This document shows, piece by piece, positions 11,337 through 23,700 of a DNA stretch of 45,830 nucleotides. Positions within the stretch are counted from its first letter, which is position 1, and every line of letters starts with the position of its first letter. Source of the stretch: Phoronis australis. Taxonomy: Eukaryota; Animalia; Phoronida. Position numbers and translations under genes: made by a program. The DNA is taken from assembly GCA_002633005.1 (NCBI GenBank), contig NMRA01000015.1, positions 1-45,830 of the forward strand. The letters run 5' to 3'. Under the pieces are notes generated by a model. That model was not told the origin of the DNA. It saw nothing but the letters and a program-made list of their open reading frames with translations, and made no database searches.

Positions 11337-13090
11337 CAGGCCTTTATCCAGGATTTCGAAAATAGGGTGTCCAAAATGGGGATCCCAATATTCCAGGGTG
11401 TCCATGATTCCGACGCGTAAACCCCCACCCCCAGCAATCCCCCAAACACACATTTTTTACAAAAAAAATGCATAGACCAGGGCTCAACATTAACTTTTTA
11501 AGCCACTTGCCCTCTGGGCAAGTAGTTGAAATTTTTACTTGCCCGAACAACAAATTCACTTGCCCCAAGTACAATCCCAAATAGCACCGTGCATGTGCAC
11601 ACCTAGGTAATGTGTTACCGTAGGGCTGCCTGTGCTGAGCCTCCTCTTGTGTTGTGCACGCTATATACCATACATGAGTTGCTATTTTTTTAACGATTCT
11701 TCTTATAGAACATTTATTTATAAGGGGTGTCAAAACACTAGAGAGACAAATTAGAACCATTGTCACATGTTCACAGGTGCCGAAATGAGCTAGGACATGA
11801 CCTCTACTCTAGACACTTCTGTGTATTCATTAGTTTATACGCCCTCATGCAATAAACTTGAGTCGTTGCTAACCTGAATTTCAATTTTTGCTATCCGTAA
11901 AAATCTTGCAGTTTTGGCCATCGGTACCTTGCATTAAATTAAAATCAAATTTTAACATATAATAATGCCACATATACTTTTATTTTCAATAAATAATTAC
12001 ATTTTTGAAAAATAGATAGACCGCGAAAAAGTCACCCTTCAGACTTCACAGCGGCAATCCCGAAGACCGTATTCCTCTTCTTTCGGGAGTCGCCACCGGG
12101 AGTCGCCACCGGGAGCCGGGAATTCATAAGAATGTCCTTTGGAATTCCCCCTGAATAAATACCAGGCCTTTTACACTGCTGTGTAGTGTAGAAAATATGT
12201 CGTCAATCATTCACTTTTTAGCTTTTGCGCTTATCTGTATGACTTACATCCGCCGACAAACGCGGTGCTTCCAGCTGTACATGGGTAAACGCCGGCAAAA
12301 ATCAAACGTCATCCCGGCCTTGTTCACTGTCTCGCAGGCCAGAAAACCTAATTTCCCATGACGGAACCCATCCCCGCACTATTTTCATTTCATATTATTG
12401 CTTCGATTCTTCCTGAACTCGTTTTTTAGCAACTAAACCAATGTCGTCCAGGCCTGTTTAGACGTTTTGCCAGAGTGCAGACGATCAGTAGTATCACGTG
12501 ACAACTTATTCAGAATCTGCAGGGCACGTTCAGAGAATCGAAAGGATTTGACCGCGAGCGTCATCTGTGCACGCTGCATCACACTCGTTCTATTTTCCTT
12601 TCGGTGCTCATTCGAAGACAGGAGTTTCTTTGACGGCCACAGGGGCTTTTTCGACGGTTTTTAGGCTTGTGTCGGGGTTCGTTACTTTGGAGCAAATGTC
12701 GAGCAGACAATCTTAGGATCTACTTGCCTATGCGGCTAGCTGTTTAACTTGCCCATCGGGCAAGTACTTTTCAAATTCCACTTGCCCGACGCAAAATCTA
12801 CATGTACACGGGCAATCGGGCAACCGTTAGTGTTGAGCCCTGCATAGACCAAGACTTTTACAATGCTATCAACCAAGTGTGAGCATAGCAACATTGTATA
12901 TTTCTTCCTGCTTTGAAAAAGCCACCACTGTAAATCTTCACAGTCTTCCTTTAATCATTACAATGTGCGAGTTCAAACTTGAAAGGTTTCTATTGATAGT
13001 GGGCGTCCAAATGATACGTTGGGTGTCCTTGCCAGGGTGGCCATATTAGTGCTAGGGCGTCCAAATGGACGTAGGTTGCATAAAGGCCTG
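11337..13090. mobile_element. Non-autonomous hAT-like element (outer element of a nest)
   Basis: TIR CAGGCCTTTAT / ATAAAGGCCTG; flanks ACTTAAAG and CCTTAAAG (7/8 TSD); subterminal GGG(T/C)GTCCA repeats at both ends. Confidence 0.85.
11478..12842 (-). mobile_element. hAT-like element nested in 11337-13090, with decayed transposase N-terminus
   Basis: TIR CAGGGCTCAACATTAAC / GTTAGTGTTGAGCCCTG (16/17); CATAGAC duplicated on both flanks; subterminal CTTGCCC repeats. Broken minus-strand frame YEMKIVRGWVPSWEIRF...FCRRLP...AGSTAFVGGCKSYR (~12180-12395) resembles TTF-type zinc fingers of hAT transposases. Confidence 0.88.
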
Positions 13091-13663
13091 CCTTAAAGTC
13101 GTGACCATTTCGTTTAGACGGAAATGCTTGAAGTAAGACCACACGAGTCAACTACAGTGCTTACAGTTACTCTAGACGACCTAAAAATGCATTGCACTGT
13201 TTATTAATCCAGTATCAATTGAAAAATATTGTTATATGTTTTGCACCCAACTTTGATGTGCACAGACGTTTTCAATGAGGTTGTTCACGTAAAATGCTAA
13301 GAACCCAGCATCAATTATCTCTCTGTATTTTATTGCTTTGGCCTTACAAAAGTTGATTGACCTTGGGACATTTTGATACATTGGTGCATCAGCGAGTTTT
13401 TGCTCAGGGATTTCAGCACAATTTTCTGTAAAATGATTTTAATTTATCAATGAAGTTTGATAGGAATGCACCACAGTTTTGTAGAAATCTGTCATAGGCT
13501 ACAGATACATCGCATAGCGTAAATTTGATGAATCCTAACTTCTGATTTCACCCGTTTCGGAGACCGGGTTTTAAAGTGAACTATGTTTACTGTTGGTAAA
13601 ATCAGGCTCAGATTAGATGCTGAGGGCTGAAGTACCACGCCAGACAAGATTTTAAACCTGGCT

Positions 13664-14152
13664 TGTTTTTTGGCGTCCACCCCTCGATCAACCAAGCCAT
13701 TCTAAGGATGATTTTGAAAATTGGCGTATATGTTCTCAGTGTGAAGAGGACGGTTGACGATGATGAATTTGACTACTGTGGCGCCTTCTAGTGGTAGTTT
13801 TGTTTTGGGCCCATAGCTGCATCTCCTAAAATCACTGCAGGATCTTTATTAAATTTAGTAATTGTATTTATATGAAGCTAACAACAGACGACAACGTCTA
13901 ATGAGCACTGTGCCCCATAGTGGTAATTTCATTTTTTTCTTTTTTTTCCTTTTTCCTCTGAAGTTCCTTGACAGATTTTTATGAAATTTGGTAATTTTTC
14001 TACTAAAGAAGCGATGGCATGTTCTTTTCAGATGGATTGGATGTTTTTTCGCCATCTAGTGGCTATTTATATGAAACAAATAAACAGCCTTAGAATCACT
14101 CCGTTTGCGGTGCATTCGTGGGTGCATTTCAACACTCAGCGTTGCTCTTGTT
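13664..14152 (+). mobile_element. Helentron-like non-autonomous element (HINE/DINE type) with CTCF-motif units; 3' fragment
   Basis: Three units with motifs at 13781, 13910 and 14049; ends GTGGGTGCATTTCAACACTCAGCGTTGCTCTTGTT (subTIR, hairpin, TT). Confidence 0.8.
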
Positions 14153-14507
14153 AAACTTGACGCGCTTTCCCCAAACTCGACGTGGCAAAATCCAAACCCA
14201 TTACCGCATCGAGTCAAAACAGGTCGTGGAGAACACTTGTACATGGTGACTGCACTGATTTCGTAGCATGTTGAGCTGACAATAATACTCTAGCCACACC
14301 TCGTGGTCTTTTCGCATGCAGGACGGTGGTACGTGTTCACAGACTCTTGCAATGAATAATTATTCAAAAATTTTGTGAATGGTTAAGAAAATATCGTCCG
14401 GTGTAAAATGTTGTCCAGTGCAGATTCAACACATTTTTGCAGATATGGTAAGAAATGAGGTGTACATTAGGCATTTATTAACGTAACTATGTTCAGTAAG
14501 GATATTT

Positions 14508-16091
14508 GTGACCCACCACCACAAAATGAGTCTTAAGTCGGGATTTGTCATTTTTTAATTGTTATTTTTTTCTGAAAATACGGTGTTTTCTGATCATTTT
14601 GAGGTATGAAACATGTCCTTATCTTCACAAATGACCGAGTTATTGCCAATTCTAGTCGGGGAAAGCGAAAATTTAGAGCTTTCAAAAGTCAAGGAAAATG
14701 GCCGACAAAAAGTGCCGATAGTGTCTTTAAAATTTCCATAGCAACCTGCAGTTGAATGCTACATTTCAGACTTATTAGTATACACAACAACATAAACAAA
14801 TAAAAGTAATCAAAAATTAGAAAGAATATAGACCTTATTATGTAATCTCAGCCAAAAAGGAGTGATATTCATGTTGGGATGGTGCAACTGGGTCAATAAA
14901 TTTCCCAGCTAATGTATACAGGGTCAGTCCACTTGTGGCAGGAGGGGTTACCGCAAGTAAAACAAGTAGTTAAAGTGTATTTTGGAGAAGTTTAATAAAA
15001 TGAAGTCCTGTAGATTACAAAATACACGTACCTGGCTGATTTTTGTTCAAAATAATTCAAAATTTTACGCTAGTGTGAATAATTTTGAAAAAAATGACAA
15101 TCACTCATCCCTATCCAAGTCCACTGACACTGACTGAAGAGCAACGATTTCCTCGACTTCTCACCGAGTGATTCAGCCCTATCGAAGATTGTTCTCTCTT
15201 GCAGTAATATTCAGCTGCTTGCACCCCGATCCACTGGCTTTGCAGATACAAGATATTGTTGTGCGATTAAGCTAATCCGGACTGTTTTCTTCAAGTTCTG
15301 TTTGTTCCAATCCAACGACTTGGAATCCAACGTAACCGTATTCGCGATGGGTCGATCATGAAACTCATCTGGCGACGAGTTGCTGCCGTCAGACGACTCG
15401 TCGCTGTCACGAAATTCCTCCTTGTCTCAATCAACAAATGTGCTCTGTTGAGTTCAGTTAATTCTCGCTGATCTTGATACGGCAGTCAGAGGCAAGAGTT
15501 AATCATTGAGATATCAGCTACACGGCGACCAGCCATCTTACTGTCTTGAAAACATGCCGTGACCTAGCTCGCGACCCCACGGTTTCACGCCCACTTAACT
15601 AGTTCTAGCGAATGAGGTCAGCGATGCATTGGGTTAAAAGGTCGTTGCTAGCTAAAAGACTGGTGAGTGACACTTCTGTTGAAAATACCCCGACTGCAAA
15701 AAGTGAAATAACGACTGATGATTGGACGAAAAACTCAAAGAGCTTACTACATGCATGCATAATGAGCAGAGTTTGACCTTTCTGTTGATGTGTTTACGAG
15801 CGAATTGGGTCATCGGAAGACTGAGCAATGATGACACGAAAACCGGCAAATTTCGATGAAAATTTCACGAGATATGCAGTCGCGGAGAAGGTGATGTTTT
15901 TTAAAATGAAATAAATAAGGTTTAAAATGAAGTTTGCTTGTTTTAAAGTATTGTTTTGTGAAGTAGAATGAATAAATAATCATATTCTGCAATAAAAAAA
16001 TTTGACCTAATTTTAACCAATAGCGACTGTTTGCAGTCTTGTCACGAAATAGAGTTTCCGACTTAAGACTCATTTTGTGGTGGTGGGTCAC
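14508..16091. mobile_element. 1.58-kb non-autonomous DNA transposon with perfect 34-bp TIRs and ATTT TSD (Sola1-like)
   Basis: GTGACCCACCACCACAAAATGAGTCTTAAGTCGG (14508-14541) and its exact reverse complement (16058-16091); ATTT on both flanks, matching the AWWT target described for Sola1. Confidence 0.9.
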
Positions 16092-16506
16092 ATTTTCTAT
16101 TGATTAACAGGATCTTTTCACTAAGCGCATTGTCCCTCAACTAAACTAAATTACTCTGAAAATTGGTGATCAATTCACAACATGGATTTTAGAAACTGTT
16201 TCAGAGGCAAGGAAGTAGGAAAAATACCCAATCGCTTATCCGGAGGGTGCTTGAATGAGTCCCCCATTTGGCAAAGTGGGCAAAAAGGTTGTGAGAGAAA
16301 CCAAAAGTCCGAGAAAACGAGACAAAAGTCTAATAAAGAGGCAAGAATTCGGCAAAAGCTCTGTGAACTCTGTGCAATCCCATATTTAGTTACTGAAAGG
16401 TCCACTGCGAAAAATTCAACCCCCCCTATATTTTGGAAAATCTGCAAATTTACAGATAAATCTGGTGTTCAGGGTACTCCAATGCAGTTTTGGTGGTACA
16501 CAGGTC

Positions 16507-17504
16507 TGTTTAGTGAGATGAGGCCATCCTCCCGTTTTCGGATTTGATTCAATGTAGTTGGCGCCACCTAGTGGCCATTCCTACTGTTTTCGAGTCTGTT
16601 TTTTGCTGTCCACCCTTCTATCAACCAAACTGCTGCTAGCATGATTGTGGAAATTTGCATGTATGTTCTTACTATGATGAGGGTGGCTCATGATGATTTT
16701 CCGACAACTACGACTACTGTGGCGTCTCCTAGTGGCAGTTTTTTTTCACCCATGGCTGTATCTCCTAAACTGTTCACAGGATCTTTACTAAATTCAGCAA
16801 GTGTATTTATATGATGTTAACAATGGATGACCACGACTTTTAGATGAATTTTACTACTGGTGTACCCCCTATTGACAATTTTAGTTTTTACATTTATCTC
16901 TGCATCTTGAAGATCCTTGACAGGTTTTAATAAATGTTAGAATTTAGACATCTATTAGTGAGATGATGCTATCCTTCTGTTTTGGATGGAATCGGGGTAT
17001 TTTGCGGCTTCCTAGTGATCATATTTGCTGTCTTTGAGTTCACCCTCTATCGATCAAACCATTCTAAAGATGATTTTGAAAATTGGCCTATATGCTCTCA
17101 GTGTGAAGAGGACAGGTGTCAGTGATGTCTTTGACTACTGTGACGCCTCCTAGCTTTGTTTTGTTTTGAACCCATAGCTGTATCTCATAAACCTATTGCT
17201 GAATCTTTACTAAATTTACTAAGTGTATGTATATGAATCTAACAACAGACAATGACGACTGTTATTACACAGATCCAACAAGCGCTGTGCCCCCATTTTT
17301 TTCCATTTTCTTATGTTTCTCTGAAGTTCCTTGACAGATTTTCATGAAATTTGGTTAATAGCTTTCTAAAGCAATGGCATGTTCCTGATGCATTTGACGT
17401 TTTTCGCCATCTAGTAGCCATTTTATGATACAAATAAACAGCCCTAGAAGCACCCTGTTTGTGGTTCTTTCGTGGGCGCATTTCAATGCTCCACATTGCT
17501 CTTG
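16507..17504 (+). mobile_element. Helentron-like CTCF-motif element, 5'-truncated copy
   Basis: About seven ~145-bp units (clear motifs at 16561, 16722 and 17404; decayed ones near 16862, 17004, 17142 and 17288); 3' end GTGGGCGCATTTCAATGCTCCACATTGCTCTTG. Confidence 0.85.
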
Positions 17505-17547
17505 AAAAATTTGGACTCCCAGGTTTGGAATCCTGTATAAATGCCTG
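17505..17547 (-). mobile_element. Solo terminus related to the hAT-like element at 11337
   Basis: Minus strand CAGGCATTTATACAGGATTCCAAACCTGGGAGTCCAAAT versus CAGGCCTTTATCCAGGATTTCGAAAATAGGGTGTCCAAAAT. Confidence 0.6.
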
Positions 17548-17965
17548 CTTGGGTATTTTCATTTCCTCAAATGTCAACTCGGAAGTGAATGTTGCCTGTG
17601 CATATGCGAATTCTGGTCAAGCAACCAGTCGTTCTTTAGTTTGAAAGCCACATGACATGTATGATTATGTTCTCCGAGGAGAAATTTGGTTGAGCTGTTG
17701 GGTATCTAGATATTGAAAGGGTCTGCTTGCTTTGATCAGGCTTGTGTTAAGTAAGTAAGTTAGTTTTATATGTCAGTTGACTATGTAATCTATGAATGGG
17801 CTCAAAAGCTTGACATCTTGGATATGTACCACTGGGTGCAACGGGTTGTTTGTTTCACCTGGCCTCGTTTTGAAAGTGCAGTGATTTTGATGAAACATGA
17901 TCAGAAACTCATAATAATCTGTTGCTGAAAGAGCTCGCCATGTTTGTGTTTTTCAGTGCAAGATC

Positions 17966-18133
17966 ATGGCGGATGATGAATCTGATTTTACAAGTGGAGA
18001 TGCTGGAGCATCTGAAACCTTCCCCCAGCAGTGCTCAGCTTTGCGTAAAAATGGTCATGTCATGATTAAGGGAAGACCGTGTAAGATTGTTGAGATGTCC
18101 ACGTCAAAGACAGGGAAACACGGTCACGCTAAG
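17966..18133 (+). CDS. EIF5A: Translation factor eIF5A, first coding exon (aa 1-56)
   Basis: [16 protein letters not shown]...[18 protein letters not shown] contains the hypusine-site motif (K51). Acceptor TTTTCAG| before 17957; donor AAG|GTAGAG. Confidence 0.98.
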
Positions 18134-18846
18134 GTAGAGTGTTGTTGGAACATGCAGAGTTCGACGTGGCGATTCAGTGTTCTCCGTGATGTGTTTTAAT
18201 ACCTGTTTGATTTTGCCGCTGACCTATTAAAATAGCACGTGACACAGATTACGGTATTACATGAAAGCATTTTAAACACTATAAAAGCCAAAAAGTATAC
18301 TCCATATTACTGTTAACTTTAAAAAGTTAAAAACAATAGATTTTGGTGGTGAGTGTTTAAGTTATGTGGCACTAAAAAGCATTTTCAGTTGAATAACACA
18401 TTTTTTAGTCATTTTCGACACGCAAAAAATCAGTGTCTGCAGTTTACAATACAATAATATTGAATGTCTTCTCATATAAAGACACATGATTTCATTACCA
18501 AAAAATAATTTTATGTTTCAAACATCTTCATGGTTGAACGACTCTTTATTAAGTGGATGGTTTTAATGATATTATCTCACCCGCAATGGGTTTAAGGTCA
18601 ATACATTGATAGTTTAATGACTTTAAGGCTCAAGTTTTTGGATTTATTCCAAAAGACTATGTAATGTTACTTCAAACGTAAATTTGGTGTAGGTAATTTT
18701 TAGGATGATATGACAAAATGACACGATGTTAACAAAAATTCGCTACGGCTTGAGAAATTCAAAATATTGATGGTAGTTATGATTTTCCTGCTGAAGTTAA
18801 AGACAATGTCATTGAAGTTGAAATAATTTTCTGGCTCAAGTTAATG

Positions 18847-19005
18847 GATTTATTCCAAAAGACAATGTCATGTTAATAGATTTATTCCAAAAGACAATGT
18901 CATGTTAATAGATTTATTCCAAAAGACAATGTCATGTTAATAGATTTATTCCAAAAGACAATGTCATGTTAATAGATTTATTCCAAAAGACAATGTCATG
19001 TTAAT
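18847..19005. repeat. 32-bp minisatellite, 5 near-perfect copies
   Basis: Unit GATTTATTCCAAAAGACAATGTCATGTTAATA; a diverged copy lies near 18641. Confidence 0.95.
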
Positions 19006-19758
19006 GGTAATCCAAACTTTACTTTGACACGGACAGTTATTTTTAATTGCATAAAAGAGAAGAAAGTTTGTTATGCCTTGCAGTTCATAAGTGGTGGAAG
19101 CATATGAACTCTACAACCATCTTCTCAACTTTCTCTTACAACTGTGGAAGAGCTTTTTCAGAAAGTTGGGGATTGTTTTGAGTCCCTCAGACAACATTTT
19201 ATTTCTAAAGCACATTCCAAGTATACTGCTGAAATGAAATGTTGCAGTAGACAAAGGAATTGTTATGGGAGATTTTGATGAAAATTATTTTGTTTATCGC
19301 GCAGGATGCTGTTCATTGGTTCCATATGAACAATTCTCAAGCTACTTTCCATCAATTTGTGGCATATTATAAAACTGAAGACCTCATTGACTTAGCTGCA
19401 TCTATTATTTCTGAAAATGTGAAGCACGGTACTGCGTCTCTACATACATTTATCATCGCCACTTTGATACGTTACTATACATCAAGAACACTATGCCATT
19501 TTTGAAAGAAAAAAAAACATTTACTTAAGTGGTGGAGCAGATAGTCAATACAAAAACTAATTCATTAACTTGTGTTACCACAAGGATGATTTTGAGCTTG
19601 ACGCTGAGTGGCATTTCTTTGAAACTTCCCATTGAAAAAGTCCGTGATGGGATAGGAGATACCAATAAATGTCTCGTTGTCAGAGCAAGCCTGCAGGTTT
19701 TAACAATTTATCACATTTTCACTCCATTGCAGATGTATCATTGGACATTTTAACATAT

Positions 19759-19787
19759 GTGACCCAGCACCACAAAATGAGTCTTAA
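19759..19787 (+). mobile_element. Solo TIR of the 14508-16091 family
   Basis: ATAT|GTGACCCAGCACCACAAAATGAGTCTTAA, again preceded by an AWWT tetramer. Confidence 0.7.
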
Positions 19788-19962
19788 TTTATGATTTATT
19801 ATAACATTCAAGTGTGTCAAAAATTGGCAGATACTAAAAAGTTTCACAAATTAACACTCTTTTACCTTAAATCAACAAGTGAAACTAGTTGTACTCATGT
19901 ATGAAGACGGGCATTATTTCCGTACTGTGAATGCTCATTGAAACTGGGTGATTGTGATCCAG

Positions 19963-20205
19963 TAAGCATAGAATGCTATCTCACATGTTGTGAATGATCT
20001 GTGTGTGATGGATTGTGAATGTTTGTTCAAGTCCAGTGAAAGTGACACTGTAAGTCATCATTGTTATACAATAAGCATAGAATGCTATCTCACATGTTGT
20101 GAATGATCTGTGTGTGATGGATTGTGAATGTTTGTTCAAGTCCAGTGAAAGTGACACTGCAAGTCATCATTGTTATACAGTAAGCATAGAATGCTATCTC
20201 ACACA
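19963..20205. repeat. 109-bp tandem duplication, ~2.2 copies
   Basis: TAAGCATAGAATGCTATCTCACA starts at 19963, 20072 and 20181; copies are nearly identical. Confidence 0.95.
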
Positions 20206-20264
20206 TAGGCATTCACTTATGAACGTGTACTTAAAACTATTGATGACTCTTGTCTTGTCTCTAG

Positions 20265-20369
20265 GTTCATCTTGTTGCAATAGACATCTTCACTGCAAAG
20301 AAATATGAAGACATTTGCCCATCCACTCACAACATGAATGTACCCCATGTCAGCCGAAAGGATTATCAA
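20265..20369 (+). CDS. EIF5A: eIF5A second coding exon
   Basis: CTCTAG|GTT; translates [35 protein letters not shown]; donor CAA|GTGAGC; phase 0/0. Confidence 0.97.
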
Positions 20370-21781
20370 GTGAGCATTTATTCTTCAGTTATTTCACACG
20401 TTAGGCTATTAATTAAATTGTTCCCAGTATTATCATTACTTGTGCATTACTCCCATAATTTTTTGTTTTCAGCATTGCAAACAAAATCCACTCTTTTCCA
20501 GGCACTGCTTTCAAAAGTTGGACATTTTATAAACCTTCTGATGTGCAGAAGTTTATCGGTCTCCTTTTCAACATATTTCCACTGTTTTAGCAGGGCACTT
20601 AATTTTGCCCCAGATATGTTTCTGTCAGTAGACGTCACAATGTTTATGCATCTGGTCCCTAATTCTGTTTCTTCTAAACGTCACTTCTGGTATAACATGA
20701 GATGGGGCAGTGCACACGACCAAATCATTGTGCAAAGCACCGTCTGAGGAGTATAGAAGGGGTGCATGGCATTGCGTTCCGGGTTCTATGTACCCCTGGT
20801 TCTATGTGTCAGACTCAGTCTAGTGGACAACTGCAAATACACATTACAAATTCTTGCTGCTAATCTCGTGAAATCTTGGGATTGCAAGCTCCAACACTTG
20901 ATGTCATGGGAGTTAACATTCCAGTTCCTTCAGTTCTATGATTTGGGTTACAAAAGTTTTAGTTTTAGAAAAAAGAATGGGTCGATTTTAAGAAAATTAC
21001 ATTTTTCTCTTTGCTTAATTGAGCTATCATTTGAAGTCCACAAAATGTACCGAGAGTAGCGTACATGAAGTAATATCCCACGAGACATTATTCCGCATAT
21101 CGACCGAATTCCTAAGTTTCTTTCATTTTTTCGGCAGATTTTTTTAATTCTTTACTCAGACTGTTCACCTGGCGGATCTCATCCTATATGCACGCACTTG
21201 CGCATTAGGCTGCAAGTTTTCTCTAGTAAAAGAAACAGTTTTAAATGTGACGATTTATTACTTGAAAAGAGATAACGAAGATGAAAACAACGGTAACTGT
21301 GCATTGAACTTGTAACATCTGAAAATAGTAAATAAACACAGTTATTTGTTTGCATTACTGTGCATTACTTTTAAAATGCGTGGGTAAAAGTAAGGTGCAC
21401 AAAAGCTGCACACTAGCTTATGGAGAACGTTGACCGCCGCACGGTTTTGGCACGTTGCAGTTTTTACGCGTGCGACCTGTTTAGATTTTCAGATGTGGAG
21501 AACACTGTGGCTGTATTGCATCCGACTGATTCAATGCATATGGGATAAAAACTTTGTGTGAGCTCAGCACCCCCTAGAAGCGTACTGCTTGCGATGCTCC
21601 AGAGGTAAATTAATGCTTCGCATTGCGGCTCTTGGTTCTTTTTTACCTTAAAACCGGTTACCGTCCCTTCCACACATCTTGTTGTGGACAAATATGAGAG
21701 AACTCTACCGATAACCACTTATAACCACTGCCAGTTTCTTGTTGGTTCTCCAGTTTCTTAAATGATGTTTATTTCTTATAG

Positions 21782-21913
21782 CTTGTCAACATTGAGGAAG
21801 ATTTTGCTTCACTCATGGAAGACAGTGGCGAAACTAAAGATGACCTGAAGATTCCCGAAAGTGATCTTGGTGAGGAAATTAGAGGCAAATTTGAAAAGGG
21901 CGAAAGTTTTATG
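21782..21913 (+). CDS. EIF5A: eIF5A third coding exon (final exon not found)
   Basis: TTATAG|CTT; translates LVNIEEDFASLMEDSGETKDDLKIPESDLGEEIRGKFEKGESFM; donor ATG|GTAAGT. Confidence 0.95.
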
Positions 21914-22990
21914 GTAAGTGGGTATCACTAAACATTTGTGTTACATTCTGTAGCAATGGCCACAGGCCGGAGAAGAGGCATAAAGCCAGATGTTATCGTA
22001 AACTCGCGGGTCAACGCTGCTCATTCCCGACATTTGGTCAATTTTTGGTTTTAAGCGTCCACTGCTTGAGTAATCGCCCATCCCCTACTTTGTGCAAATT
22101 TCCCCTAAGCGCCCACCTCTTGCGTCGTCGCCCATCCCCAACTTACCATTCACAGAACTTGAGCTTGAACTCTTTTGTTCACAGCTTCTCCTCGGACTCA
22201 CATTTCCATGTTTGTGGAAACACGGAGTGCTTACAGCTTCGTACAATTGTCTTGAAAAGTACGTTTTTCAGCCGGCGTTTGTTCAATAACTCAAGCGCTG
22301 CAAATACCTTTTTAAACTTATCAACTGATCTTTTGTTAAATTGATATAGGCCTTCTCCGTAGATTTTCATAGAAGTGACACTAGTCTACTACGAGATTAG
22401 TCATCATTCAAAGATTAAATGTGGAACCCCCCTTGTGATGAAATTGCGTGATTTTTTGCGACAAGCGCATAGCCAACCAAATGAATGTGCTCCCATTCTT
22501 GGAACCACAAATCTTGGGTCGTGTGCTCCCAAACAAGCACCCCAGGCGATTTCTTTTAAAACTTATCGATTAAGTTAACGATTTGTTGCCCTGATCTTGG
22601 AAAAAAATCCCACATACAGCTTTCTATTACCGCGCCAGTATTCTGGGTGTTTGGTGAATGAAAAAAAATGTTAAAAAATCCATCAGCAAGAACCCACTGA
22701 AGCAGTCAGGAATGCCTCTTTACTAAGCTAACTTGGTGGCGACCGCAGAGCAGTTATTTCGTTTTTTTCTCCGCCCTCACCCTTGCATTTTAGTGACAAT
22801 GTCGGTAAACCCGTGGTGAGAAATCTAGATCAGACTGGCGTTATTCGTGCGTTCAAGTTTCACGAGTGCGCCTCGCAAATATTAGGCCTGTTCTGTCGCG
22901 ATATATTGCTATTGCTTTAATGTTGAACTTCAAACAATTTAATTATGAAGGTCGTTCTAGTCATCATTCTAGGTTGTACTTCATTATCCC

Positions 22991-23700
22991 TTTTTATGCG
23001 CCCACAAATTTATATGTGGTCTCATATTGCCATCATCTCTGTCTGGGCGTCCGCGGCTGTATCTCCTAAACCCCTTGGAGGATCGTTTTGAAATTTGGCT
23101 GGTGTGTTCCCAAGGGGTCTACGACAGAGGGCGACAAGTTTCGGACCGACCCGAATACCGCTGTGCCCCCTAGTGGCAATTTTAGTTTTTATGTTTGCCT
23201 CTGTATCTTCAAAGGTCTTCAACTGATTTTCATGAATTTTGGTACATTGGCATCTATTAATGAGTTGACGCTGTCCTCCCGTTTTCGGATTGCTTCGATG
23301 AATTTTGCGCCATCTAGTGGCCATTTTTACTATTTTCGAGTCGTTTTTGGCGTCCTCCCCTCTAGCAACCAAACCACTCTAAGGATGATTGTGAAAATTG
23401 GCGTGTATGGTCTATGAAGAAGACAGTTGACAATGGTTTTCCAATGACTTCGAGTACTGTGGCGCCTCCTAGTGGCAGTTTTGTTTGTTTTTGCGTCCAT
23501 GGCTGTATGTCCTAAACGCTCTACAGGATCTTTATTAAATTTAGCAAATGTATTTATGTTAAGTTGACAACAGAGGACGATGACTTTTAAACAGATGGGT
23601 CTACCGGTGTGCCCCCTAGTGGCAATTTTAGTTTTTTACGTTTATTGCTATATCTTCAAAGGTACTCAACGAATTTCCATAAAATTTGGCACATAGACAT
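22991..23700 (+). mobile_element. Helentron-like CTCF-motif element, 5' part cut by the assembly N
   Basis: Starts TTTTT-ATGCGCCCAC (subTIR 22996-23005) with a partial inverted copy GTGGTCTCAT; motifs at 23163, 23307, 23462 and 23609. Confidence 0.88.

Noticed and set aside
16182-16547. 121-aa ORF with a CELC motif as a piggyBac Cys-rich tail
   Set aside because: Too few ligands; it runs into an unrelated repeat and has no TTAA/TIR support.
17886-17930. Box C/D snoRNA candidate (TGATGA...CTGA) in the eIF5A intron
   Set aside because: Only ~45 nt, too short, and no guide complementarity could be verified.
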